Part shown: piece after piece, positions 1 through 12,565 of the stretch
Numbering within the stretch: the stretch's first letter is position 1
Layout: each line of letters begins with the position of its first letter
Source: Eremomyces bilateralis CBS 781.70
Lineage: Eukaryota
DNA length: 64,000 bases
Assembly: GCA_010015585.1 (NCBI GenBank)
Contig: ML975151.1
Reading direction: 5' to 3' (one strand)
The notes under the pieces: model-generated
Database searches by the model: none
What the model was told of the DNA's origin: nothing
What the model saw: the letters and a program-made list of their open reading frames with translations, nothing else
Made by a program: the position numbers and the translations under genes

Positions 1-1574
1 TAATATGAAAACATTCCTGTAGGAGTCTCGATGTCATTCGAGCGGGTGGATGACCCCGGGGCCTGGGGGAAGCCTATGACGCAACTCCCTGGTGGGCTGG
101 ATTAGGTACGTACCCACGCTGTTTCCGAGCACTAGTGAAATCAATAATCATAGACTCGGATGGTTTAATTCTAGAGATGGAAAGGTCTTGATATATGAGA
201 AAGAAGGGAAAAAGGAATGGAAGATAGATGGAAGGATAAAGGATGAATACGAGATATTAGGTACCCATGCTCCACACCCCCAAGGTGCGTACTATGCGAC
301 TCGGTTGCCGCCAGCTCCTTATCCAAGGGCACTGAGTTACCTGTTGATTATAGTGAGGTACACCTTGGCATATGAAGGAGAGACTGGAGAGGATAAGAAA
401 TCGAGACGTCTATGAGCCGACTTGGAGTCGAGAAGCCTCAAGGAGAGAAGGCGTTCTTCAAAGCATGAGAATGGTCGATTAACTTAGCACCCCACCACAG
501 GAAATGAGGGAAGCCTATCCAAGGGGAATGAGAAATCCCAATCTATTTTTAAGCATTTACCGGTTCATTGGGATGGCAATACCGTTGTTGATGACGAATG
601 AACAATGAACCAGAATGATGATGCCAGCCTCGTTGTCGTCGTTGATGAGAGAGAGCTCCCTGTAATTATTAGTGAAATGAGGTGCTGGTACATACTACGC
701 CGTGAGAGAGACGAAATCCATCCTATCATCGGCCAGGATATATCCAGTTCTTATTTCGTATGCTGCTCCATCTTTCTTTGACTCCTTAGGCTCATTAGGA
801 CTGGGAACCTTGGGTAGGTACTTCGATGGCTGACCGTTAAGCCACCCAAAGCCCATTTCTGCCCATCCTACTCCGCCCATCCACTCTTATATAAGCCCGA
901 ATCGATGCCAAAAATGCCAACTTTTTTGCCTTCATCTGCAAGTCATCTGCAAGTCATCCGTATTATTGTCTATTTATCCTCGACCCATCATCCTTCGATG
1001 TGTCGTGAGTCTGTGTCTCTTTGAGAGTCTAATATCTGCTATTCGGATGTACCTCCTCTAACCACCACCACCACCACCACTTACAATTGGTACAGACTAC
1101 AGTAGCCAACCCTCCCTCACATCCTCTCCACTCTTCTCTCACTCTCATTCTCCCTCTCTCCTCCGTCTAATCTTCCACCTTCAGTCAGCGGATCCGACGA
1201 TTCTCCGACTCTCCGCCCGTCGTTGCAATACTTCTCCATCATACGGAGCCCGATACTCTCTACACTAATCTCGACCTCGTACTTGGTTGTCACACCTCGT
1301 ATTCATTCGCTTCACTTCGGCAAACTCCTCCCTCTTCCTCTCGTTGACAGGACCGTCGAAACTCTAAGTCCCCCGTCGCGTCGGCGCGTTCAACCTAATT
1401 CCTGCACCCTTCGTTTCACCTCATTTCGGAAACGAGCCACCAACCAACTCGTCCAACAGTCGCTCTCCTTTGCTTTGCGCGCGTGCTTCCCACTCAACCC
1501 ACGCATCTGGCGTACCTTGACGACGCAAAATCCGGTTTGTATCGTTGGATCTCGTCCGCTGCGACCGGTTGGCT

Positions 1575-1609
1575 CTCATCGCTCATCGCTCATCGCTCAT
1601 CGCTCATCG
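1575..1609 (+). repeat. (CTCATCG)x5 perfect heptamer tandem repeat in the putative RhoGAP 5' leader
   Basis: Five exact copies read directly, followed by degenerate GCATC units to ~1628. Confidence 0.9.
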
Positions 1610-1930
1610 CCGCGCATCGCATCGCATCCCTCAGTCGCTCGCTGAGAAAACTGGGAACCACGATCGACACCACGACTCTTCTAACCAAACTCCCTCCGAC
1701 TTATCGCTCCCTGGTCGACTTCCCACTTAATACCAATCCTCCCAAATCCGGCCCAGATTCTCGATTCGTGGTCTCCGGAGTCCTTCGCGCAATCGCCTAA
1801 TTAAATCCATTCCCCTTCCGTCGATTTTCCACCCGGCCGAGCAACGGAACCGTGGAAACACAACCATTCGTGAATCCTTTCGTCTCGAGATATCCGTCGA
1901 TACTTGCCTTGGACAAGGAGAAATATCGCG

Positions 1931-4786
1931 ATGGCGACGCAGCGCGCCAGAGCGGAGCCGTTCCCGGCTCACGCTGCAGAGGTGGCGACGTCAAAGAGGG
2001 ATCTGGCGTCGTGGTGGAAGAATTTCAAACGAGGTGACAGGAAGAGAGAAGACGAGAAGGGTGAGTTTAGAGACGGTGCTTCATTTACATCGTCCAGTTA
2101 CCCGCATGATGGGCACCTCGAATCTTGCGATCCACGAGCTAACATTTCTCGCGCAGAACCACTACCGCCACAGTCGGGCATTTTCGGTGTTCCATTACAG
2201 ACGAGTATTCGATATGCGAATGTTGCCATCTCACTATACGATGCGGAAGGGCGGAGTTATATCTATGGATATGTGCCAATCGTCGTGGCGAAATGCGGAG
2301 TGTTCCTCAAAGAGAAAGGTACGGGATCCATACGGCTCACATCCAGTCCGAATCACTGACTCGTCGCAGCAACCGATGTGGAGGGCATCTTCCGACTCAG
2401 CGGCTCCGAGAAACGAATCAAGGAACTGCGCAACACATTCAACAGTCCAGACCGATACGGCAAAGGCTTGGACTGGACCGGATATACCGTCCACGACGCG
2501 GCGAACATTCTTCGACGTTACTTCAATCAATTGCCGGAGCCGATAATACCCCTTGATTTTTACGACAAGTTCCGCGATCCGTTGCGAAACCATCAAGCGC
2601 AAGCCGTAGGCGAAATCGATGGCCAGAACCCGACAGTGGGCGAATTCGAGGTGAGTGCAGCGATCCGAAGATATCAGCAGCTGATCACGGAACTACCACC
2701 GCTGAATCGCCAATTGCTGCTGTACATCCTCGATCTCCTGGCCGTGTTCGCCTCGAAATCCGATCTGAATAAGATGACGACGCCGAACCTCTCCGCCATT
2801 TTCCAGCCCGGCATCTTGTCTCATCCGGCGCACGACATGTCCCCGTCCGAATACCGTCTCAGCCAGGATATCCTGATCTTTCTGATCGAGAAGCAGGATC
2901 ACTTCCTGATCGGCATGCAAGGGACGGCGGCGGACGAGAAGACCGTGCAGGAAGTCGAAAGCGGTCCGCCGACCCCATCGGTGAAGGGATCGACTCCTCG
3001 ACATTCCAAAGGGGGGCTTATCGCCAGATCGGCGTCGAACTCGAGCGCCGGCGCAGATAGCGTCCGCAAGTTCGGCGGTGCCCGGAGGAACGTCTCAGTA
3101 TCATCACGACATTCCCGAAATTCCATAGTTGTTGCAAGTCCCGTCTCCCCGAATTTCGGGACGTCAACGCCAACCGGCGGCGTTCATCGAGCAAACACGG
3201 TCCCGACCAAAAAGTCGCCAGGATTGCCATCCACCGCGTTCGGCAGAGACGCAGCCTCCCCCTCCCCGAACACGGTTGCGAAAACGCAGGCGACTCTCTC
3301 ACCTCCGCAAGAGCACCTCTCCCCAATGCATCCGGCACCATCTGGCATCACGCCTACCTTCACTGAGGATACCGACACCCTCCCTGCTCCTGCTCTGCAG
3401 ACTCAACATGCAGTAACCCCAGTTCCTATCTCACCGGAGACACCCAGCAAAGACACCCATCTCCATCCCCCCTTTTCCGGCTCACCCTCCCACCCCGGCG
3501 AACCGTCCTCCCGCAACCACCCTGCCAAATCCCTCACTGCCATGTTCAAACCCTCCTCCTCCGACCCCGCCAAAGAACCTGCCCGCCGCCCCAACAAGCT
3601 GCAAAAGCGCCGCGTCGCCGGCAGCCCCAGCCGCAGCACCAACAGCTCCACGCAATCCCTCACCAGCCCCAACGCAGTCGCCGTCGCTAGCACCGTCGCC
3701 AGTTCCGACGCCGATCCGCAGTCCCCCCTCCCTCCCGTCCAGGTCCTCGACCGTGACTCGTTACATCCCAGCATGTTGGACGTCACCCCGGCGAAAAGCG
3801 CGCCGAAGCACGGCGCCAACCTGACCATCTCGCCGACCACCTCGTTTCGCTCGCACTCGACGGTGACGGACCATGATGAGCACGAAGGCGCGCAGGAGGA
3901 GCCGACGACGCCGGGGGTGGCAGGGGAGGAGGAGAGGCGGAGACGGCGGTGGCGGCCGTTTAAGTCGGATAAGGAGAGGGAGGAGGAGAGGTTACACCCG
4001 TCGTCTCCGCCGAGGGCCGGTGGGATGCAACAGTATCCACAGCAGCAACCGCAGCAGCCGCTCCAGTCGCATCCGCAGCCGCTCCAGCAGCATCCCCAGC
4101 AGCCCCAGCAACAGCCGCTCAGTCCTTCCCCGTACGGCGTGAACCCAGCCGCCGGCTGGAGCGGGACCAGCGTGCATAGCAACTCCGCCCCCGCGCATCC
4201 CTCCCCGCTCACCCAACCGCCCGCGACCGTGCCGCGACCTGATCCGCCGGTCGCAGCGCAGCCTGCACCAGCGCCGAATGTCGCGGGGGATGCGTCGTCT
4301 ACTGCGTTGATCAGTCTGGTACCGGGGCCAGACACATTGCTACCAGCACCAGAATCAGAATCAGCGGTAGGGTCAGCACCAGCTCCTGCTGTTGATGTTG
4401 CTGCGCCCTTCCAACCCCCCACCACCGCCCCACCCACCGACCTCAACCCCCCTCCTAACACCTTATCCGACCACCCACCCCCCGACCCGCGCCCAACCGA
4501 CCCCAAAGATGAAAGCTCCCGGGACGGCGAAAAGGGCGACAAGCGCGGTCCTCTCGGCTGGATGCGAGGCAAGCTCGCAGAGCACAAGGAGCGGCAGGCG
4601 GATCGGGCGCGGGCGAAGTCGCCGGAGGGGCAGCGGGGGGAGAGCATCGCGAGCGGGAGTGGGAGTGGGAGTGGGGAAGCGGAGGGGATGGGGGTGGGGG
4701 GGAGTATGCAGAGTTTGGGAGGAGTGGTGGAGGAGGGGGGGAGGAGTGGGAGTGTAGGGAGGGGGGAAGGTGTGAAGGGGTTGTGA
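1931..4786 (+). CDS. Rho GTPase-activating protein, Sac7/Bag7-like; 3 exons (1931-2060, 2157-2318, 2370-4786)
   Basis: RhoGAP motifs IFGVPL, VPIVVAKCGVFLKE, EGIFRLSGS (arginine finger) and NKMTTPNLSAIFQPGIL. GT-AG introns with CTAAC/CTGAC branch points. Long Ser/Pro/Gln-rich C-terminal tail. Confidence 0.9.
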
Positions 4787-5341
4787 GGGTGATGGAAGGG
4801 AAGGAGAATTCGATTTTGGAGTTTCGACGGCATGGGGGTCGGTGGTTTGGTGTTTGGGGTACATATCGTAGCGGTGGACGTTTCGTCAGCCTGGCGTGGT
4901 CTGGCGTGTGCATGGATTGGTTCTGTTTAATGTGTATGGTTTGGAGACTTTTACGCTCGAGATCGAGACTTCTTGGTTGGATGCGATGGTGGTCTCGGGG
5001 ATAAATAGTGGATTCGTGGGTTTTCCCATTTCTGTGTCTTGACTGCAGTGTTGAGCGGATCTATGTATGTAAATCTGAAGATGAAGAGGTGGGTGTATCA
5101 ACACCACCAATTGAACCAGTGATTCCTTCCATCTATTTTCAATATCTTCACTTCATTTGACCGATCTACGACGAAGATATCAACTATATATCACAGCTGG
5201 ATATCATTAACTATAATATTTTGAATCGCATGAGCAAACCCCACCACTAACACCCCATCCATCTCCATCCCCATAGACCACACATCCCATCCCATCTACT
5301 GCCCTCCCCAGCCATAATCTCCAACTCCATCACCAACCACA

Positions 5342-6313
5342 ATGGCCTCCGTCCGTCCCATGGTCGCCTCCGACCTCTTCAAACTCAGTACCTGCAACCT
5401 CGACCACCTCACCGAGACGTACGGCGTGAATTTCTACCTGGACTACCTCACCAAATGGCCGGAGCTGTGTCGGGTGCTGGAGGGACAGGATGGGCAGATT
5501 GAAGGATATAGTAAGCGTTGAATTGGTTTTCCACTTGGGGTTTAATCAGTTATTGGATTTATTGAGTCTCGTTTTAGCGTCGTCTTTGATTTTCTCGTAT
5601 CTTTCGTGCGCGCGTCGTTCTGATTCTTATACAAAAAATCCATATAAAAAGAGAAGCAAAGAAATCCGCAACATCTCCCCTACCTCCTCCCTGCTATCTT
5701 CCAACATAATCTTCCCTCATACATATATCTCATCCCATCCACCAGCTAACCCCCCCTCCCTCCACAGTCCTCGGCAAACTCGAAGCCTCCCCCTATCCCC
5801 CACCCCACCCCCCCTATGACCCGTCCACCAACCCCAACCCAAACTACCTCCCGTGGCACGGGCACATCACGGCGTTGACAGTGGCCCCCGGGGCGCGGCG
5901 GCTGCGGTATGCGACGAAGCTGACGGAGAGCCTGGAGCGACAGAGCGAGGCGGCGGAGGCGTGGTTCGTGGATTTGTTTGTCAGGGAGGAGAATCGGAGT
6001 GCGCAGGAGCTGTATCGGAAGATGGGGTGAGTGGGTGCGGTTACTTTTGTGATTTTGTGGGTGGTTGCGGTTGCTGGTGGTTGGTCTCATGTTGATACGC
6101 GGGAGTGAAAGCAGTTGATGGGGGGGGGGATCGCGCGAACACGATCGTGATGCTAACGGGCGTAGGTACTCGGTCTATAGGCGAGTGGTGGGGTACTACA
6201 ATGATGATGCCGATGCATTTGACATGCGGAAACCGCTGTCGAGGGATAAGGGCCAGAAACACGTTCGAGCGAACGGGGAGAACATCCATGTGGATCCGTC
6301 CGAGGTGTGGTGA
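5342..6313 (+). CDS. NAT3: NatB N-terminal acetyltransferase catalytic subunit; 3 exons (5342-5510, 5768-6026, 6166-6313)
   Basis: Spliced translation MASVRPMVASDLFKLSTCNLDHLTETY..YLTKWP..PWHGHITALTVAP..WFVDLFVR..MGYSVYRRVVGYY..DAFDMRKPLSRD matches the Nat3/NAA20 family. Confidence 0.93.
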
Positions 6314-6690
6314 GAGGAGAGGCTCCACGCAAGGCGTCAAACCGATCACGGTCATTTTAATGCCATTCTATCATCGTGTGGGATATATATGAAAGCGAAT
6401 GGGCGGCGCAGGAAAGCTTCTCTGGCTTGGGAGGTCGGTTTGGGGATGGGTCGATGGCGAACGAAGAACGGTCAACACATAGGATCAAGCAGGATTAGAA
6501 CAGAGGACTTCAGATAGCAGCACAATAAAGTTTTATGATTAGATAACCCTTTGACTCATTGCATGGCCTATTTCCGTCCCGAGGATTCGTGTAGTGTGCT
6601 CCAGGAGGCTATCTTGACTCATTGTCTAGGTATTGAATGTAGCTGGACTGATGGTTGAAGCCATATGAGTCTCTGCTAGACAGCCATATT

Positions 6691-7191
6691 TAGGGCTGGA
6701 CACGAATATTCGACTATTCGTATTCGTACGAATATTCGTAGTCGAATACGAATAAAATTTAGAATTTCCGCTTACTAATATTCGTACGAATAATATTCGC
6801 ATTATTCGTAATTATTCGTAATTATTCGTAATTATTCGTCCATCTCTGAAGCTATTTCCATGTATCTCGCATCGGAGAGATGGTCGACAGAGAGCTTTGA
6901 GCTGGGGTCACTTGGCTTGCTGAATCGTCAGGAGTGATCAATTCGACGCTATTGATATGCTTTGTATCTCTTAGAGCTCAAATCCTCCACATCGTGTTCG
7001 GGTAAACAAAAGTCGCGACTGCTGGGCATTCACTCATTGGCTCGGCTTTTGCCGAATAAGTCTTGGCATTATTTACGAATATTCGCGAATAATACGAATA
7101 AAACGTCTCAAAACTTAGTCGAATACGAATAATCGTTCAAGAGGAAAAGTCGAATACGAATAGCCAAAATCCTTATTCGTGTCCAGCCCTA
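6691..7191. mobile_element. Non-autonomous hAT-type DNA transposon (MITE), 501 bp
   Basis: Perfect 18-bp TIRs TAGGGCTGGACACGAATA (6691-6708) and TATTCGTGTCCAGCCCTA (7174-7191). 8-bp TSD GCCATATT (6683-6690 and 7192-7199). Dense subterminal TATTCG/CGAATA repeats at both ends. Confidence 0.93.
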
Positions 7192-7565
7192 GCCATATTC
7201 ATAAATCACGTCGCTCCATTCCATCATTCTTGTCGGTTAACTAAACTCAGTATTAAGCCAACTTGCACTGGTGGTGACTGTAGTGTCGAGTGTAGTGGTG
7301 AGTGGTGAGATGTGGCGTCGCAACGATTCGCTGGGATTCGGTTATGCGACCGCCGCACAGACCATCACCACAACGGCTGACTAACCACACGGCTAGCGAA
7401 TTTCTGCAACTCCTCATTTGACATCTGGACACCGCCCAATTTCTACAATTTCCCTCCTCAGGACCGTCATCCGCACCACAGCTCCATCGATACTTCATCC
7501 ACCCGACCGATATACCAATTTCCAATTCAAAAGCGAAGTAATCGAAAGATCTACCAGCTGTCAAG

Positions 7566-8095
<530 letters not shown>

Positions 8096-8775
8096 ATGTG
8101 CGAAGTCATGGTTGAATGAGCTTCGGGTGGCGGAGGCGCAATAGACGAGGCGATTACGGACGACCGCAAAAGCGAAACCACTTGTGGATACCTCGAGAGC
8201 AATGGGCAAAACATCATCACGCAAATTCGGGAATACATCTTTGCATGATCGTTATTCGGTGGGGGAACACACCATGATGCATTTCCATGAGCGTCGTTTT
8301 GGGCGTAATGACGGAAATGTTATGTACCATTATGGGACGACGCTATGCCAGGCCCATTATTATTATCATTAAGTTCAGTGAGGTTCGATGGTATTAGGGA
8401 TCGGGAAAAGTCAAGATGAACAAACCAATGTTCTGGATCTCCTGCAAGTGGATCGTGATAGTGATATCAGCGTTGACAATATATGCTTCGTCAAGCCGGA
8501 ACACTCGCCCAACGTCATGCAATGCAATATTGATAACCTAGTTCATCTACCAGTATCGATCATTGAAGTCATATTCCCAGCTTTTGTAACTGAACCTGAA
8601 TCCGGTGTATTATTAGACTCGTGTCCTATGAATCCGGAACACATATCACGTGACTGTCTCGTCCAAGGCTTCCACTCTTTCTCTCACGATCCAGATATCC
8701 AAACATTTCAACCCGTCATAAGGAATCGTCCAAACCGATAATCTCACCAGCGACAGAAACGCCTTCCATATCAAC

Positions 8776-9271
8776 ATGGGTTCCGTCGTCCTCCCCCATC
8801 TCGTCAGCGGCTGGCACGTCGACCAAGCCATCCTCAGCGAAGAAGAACGTCTCGTGGTGATCCGCTTCGGCCGTGATTGGGACCCCGACTGCATGCGGCA
8901 GGACGAGATGCTCTACCGGATCGCCGACCGTGTGAAGAACTTCGCGGTGATCTACCTCTGCGACATCGACCAGGTGCCGGACTTCAGCAACATGTACGAG
9001 CTGTACGACCCGATGACGATCATGTTCTTCTGGCGGAACAAGCACATGATGTGTGATTTTGGGACAGGGAATAATAATAAGTTGAATTGGGTGCTAGAGG
9101 ATAAGCAGGAGTTGATCGATATCATCGAGACGATTTATCGAGGGGCGAAGAAGGGGAGAGGTTTGGTAGTTAGTCCGAAGGGTACGTGATTGGATTTCCT
9201 TCGTCGATATGCCGGCCTTGGAGCAGGATGCTAACTAGGATATAGACTATTCCACACGATATAGATACTAG
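8776..9271 (+). CDS. DIB1: U5 snRNP 15 kDa thioredoxin-like protein Dib1/Dim1 (intron 9182-9245)
   Basis: MGSVVLPHL..WHVDQAILSEEERLVVIRFG..GTGNNNKLNW..GRGLVVSPK-DYSTRYRY*. Confidence 0.97.
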
Positions 9272-10939
9272 AGACACCCTCTCCATCTCTGGATATCCGA
9301 TTCCTCAACGTTACGCAGTTACGCAGTGCCGGGGGGGCAGAGGACATGGGTTCACGCATGGCGCGATTGGCGTTCTGAAGTCTTAAGTATGGCAACGCCG
9401 TTCACGGAGTTCGGATCTAGACATACTCAATTCAATTGATTGTTATACAGGAATAAGCCAACCTTTTCCGTTCTTCGTCCTTTCCACGACTGTTGCTCGT
9501 CCACGACTGATATCTATGGTCTCCTGAGGTTCTCGGCGTCACCCGGGGCTTAGCCACCATCAGATGCTAACATGAGCGGCAGATTCTGCAAGTTTGCGAC
9601 TGCTACTCGCCTTGAGTGTAAGGATCTTTTGTTTTGCCAATCCTGTTCGATGAACGTGTGAAACCTTCTCTGCTGGCTTGTTACCAGGCTCCGATTGCAT
9701 CTCTCCACGTCAACATGCGAATGGTCGATGAGCTAATAAACAGACGTCCTCTCCCACCTTGCCCCGGGGCCGATCTACGCTCTTCAGCCTTGCGGATCTA
9801 GGCTCCGTTTTAGGAGATCTAGCGACATGTGCCGGACGGACAGACAAACCGTTCTGCGACTATGCAGCCCAGAAAACAAGCAAAAGCTTAGTACATGATA
9901 CCTTCCGCCTGTTTTATGGTCGAAGCTCTTGAATGCAGTCTTGTCCGACTCTTAATTGACTTGGCAGTACTACGTAGTAGATTTGAACAAGGGAGGGATT
10001 CAAGTATTCAACCTCTGGCCATGAATATGAAACATTCCATTATCAAACACCGAGGTATCTCTATATGGTTAACTATATGGTAAGCCAATTAATATATATA
10101 ACGACCTACGTCCACGCGATCTCGGTTTGATGTTTTCGGATATATTATTTCCACTTTTGATACAGAGTCCATCCCAGTCTGTCCATGTTTGCTCAACACT
10201 CCTATCTCTCAAAGCTGTTGTCTCACCATATCTACGTGGATAGTTTCTTTCTTGAATAAACTAGCGTTCGATGCGACTGGCTTTCGGGACCGGGACGCAT
10301 CCTTGATCTTGTCTTTCTGTGGCCAGCTGCTCGCCGCGTGGGACATCGCTCGCCCCATCATCAGCAGTCGAGACGCCAACCAGTGGGGAAGATATTGCTA
10401 TCAATTTCTTCTATCCCAGATGTGCAAATCCACTTCCGCCTCGCCACGTCGATCGGCCTCTGATATGAGCGCATCCCGCAATGCTTGTTCTCCTCACTCA
10501 AGGGCACTTCTTCCTCGGGATAATTTATCTCCAACTGCCCCGTCCAACGGACCAATTGAGGACTGTGTTTCTCCTCCACGCATCATCGTATCAGCATCCG
10601 TCGCCTCCTCTCGCTTCAATATATTTCCTCCGTTCCGTATATGGGGTGGATAGGCTTGCCAAGCCCGCCTTCCTTGTGGAGGTAGATATTGGCTTCGCTT
10701 GGCATAATAAGCTTGACTCCGGCCAAGCCCCGTATCTGGACCTCGTCGTGGATAGTCGACGATCGGTGGAAGATCATGAGAGACGTAATATATGTATAAG
10801 AGCGTTCTTCAAAAGTTCCATGGTGTCGCTTGCCAACACTCATTTTCGTCTCATACACGTTTGAGGCTGTCCATTCGCTCCTTTCTACGACAGTCTTTCG
10901 TTGACCTTTTGCTGAAGCGTGCTATTTACAATTTCCACG

Positions 10940-12369
10940 ATGAAGTTCTTCGTGGGGTCTGTCTTGGCCGGTTGTGCCTTGGCTCAGACCGTCGCGCCAG
11001 CCGGTACCGAGCTTCCGGGAACTGCAGTAATGCCTCGCTTGGAAACCCAAGAGTATGTTGAATTGTATGCCAATTCCCACGCTTGTAGCTAAGTCTGGTA
11101 CCCAAGCATTATCGATGGAGGCACCCGAAAGACTATCAAACACGGCCCCTGGGTCATGCCGGCCAACAAGATGACCACCAAGACGGTCCGCGGTGAGCCT
11201 CCGTGCACGAGCTGTTACATCACCGCGATTCAGGCGAAGATCAGCTTCCTGGACGGCAAGGAGGCGAACGCGGATCAGGGCGCCTGGTGAGTTCCTCGAT
11301 TTTCGGGAGTGAATTGCAGACTTATCATAAAATAGGCTCCATCATATCACCCTCGGCAAAGGCCTTTCCATGTTCTGGGCGGCCGGAAACGAGCGTCCCA
11401 CGCTAAGACTGAACAGGAAGCATAAGTATGGCCTCGATCTGGAAGGCTCTACTAGTGCTGGCGGTGGATTCGCTGGCCTTGGGGCTGGCCTAACGTCTGC
11501 GGGAGGCAGTGGTGCCGCCGGTGGATCTGGGGGTCTATTGAGCGGCCAAGGTAGTTTGTTCGGAAAAGGCAGGGCCGCGAAGCGCCAGCTTGGCTTGTCC
11601 AGTGGTCTTTTTATCATGGCGGATTTGATGAGCATGGCTGCTGAGGACATGCAGGTGACGTTGGATATTACGTATGAGTGGGTGCCGAAGACGAACACGG
11701 AATACAAGGGAGCCAAGATGGTGGGTCATCGGATTCCACGCCCCTGGCGCCAATCGCTGACTTCGTCAAGGAATGGCTAACTGTCGGCGAGCCCAAGGCT
11801 CGTGAGGGAACTTACAAGTTTGATAGCCAGAAATGGACCGCCCCATGGAGTGCAGAGCTTCTATACGCCATCGGCCATATGCATGACGGAGGTACGAGCC
11901 AACCTTCCCCCATCCCTAGAAATCTACTCACTTCCTCAATCTAGCCACCCACTCTTCCCTCTTCCTCGACAACAAGGAAATCTGCCGCTCTATCATGTAC
12001 TACAACGCCCGCGATGGCTATGGCGGCGCGGCCGGCGAGGGTCACGGCCACGACATGGAAGGCATGGACACCGGCGCGGCGGAGCACTCGCACCGCCGCC
12101 GTGACCGGATCGCCCGTGCGGATAACGCCAAGCGAGACGGACCGTCGCATCTGTCGGATCCGGGTGTGTGCGAGAATTTTGGGGCCGTTCGAACTGGTCA
12201 GAAGCTGCGGATGGAGGTAAGTTGATGGTTGACGTAGTTTGGTGGTGGATATGGCCGTGCTGACGTTGTTTAGGGGTGGTATGACACGGCAAAAAATCCG
12301 CTGATGGGACATAATGGGGAGCTGGAGGACTTGATGGCCAATATGCGTGTGTACATGGGCCCAACCTAA
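10940..12369 (+). CDS. Secreted protein of unknown function, putative copper-monooxygenase (PHM)/SURNod19-like; exons 10940-11052, 11107-11286, 11336-11720, 11771-11891, 11945-12216, 12274-12369
   Basis: Signal peptide MKFFVGSVLAGCALA. Motifs PCTSCYIT, GAWLHH, FWAAGNER, GHMHDG and C-terminal EDLMANMRVY. Five GT-AG introns give a continuous frame. The family assignment is inferred from motifs. Confidence 0.75.
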
Positions 12370-12565
12370 AATTTAGGATGGTGCTAGGGATGGCCGTTGC
12401 GTGGCGAAAGATAGGAGTGTGGTCCCTTGTTACGTCTAATGGGCCGCAGGTACATATGTTGAATCATAGACCTCGAACTCCATCAATTATGTCCAAGCAT
12501 TTCGGAAAGAAACAGTATTTGAACTTCTAGGGTATCGCAGTCAAGTCCGCTATGTGGCCGCACAT

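Noticed and set aside
92..880. Short ORFs and purine-rich sequence at the window start (possible TE relic)
   Set aside because: No recognisable domain, terminal repeat or splice pattern; cannot be supported.
3403..4833. 476-aa antisense ORF
   Set aside because: Shadow of the GC-rich low-complexity RhoGAP tail; no domain signal.
5511..5767. Long NAT3 intron (and RPS27 intron 1) as snoRNA hosts
   Set aside because: No convincing C/D (RTGATGA..CTGA) or H/ACA arrangement seen.
6700..6840. TATTCG repeat array as a CRISPR-like locus
   Set aside because: Eukaryotic context, no regular repeat-spacer periodicity; explained by hAT subterminal repeats.
10090..10858. Minus-strand protein-like frames between DIB1 and the secreted protein
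   Set aside because: Multiple stops in all frames and no recognisable family; may be a relic but cannot be called without a search.
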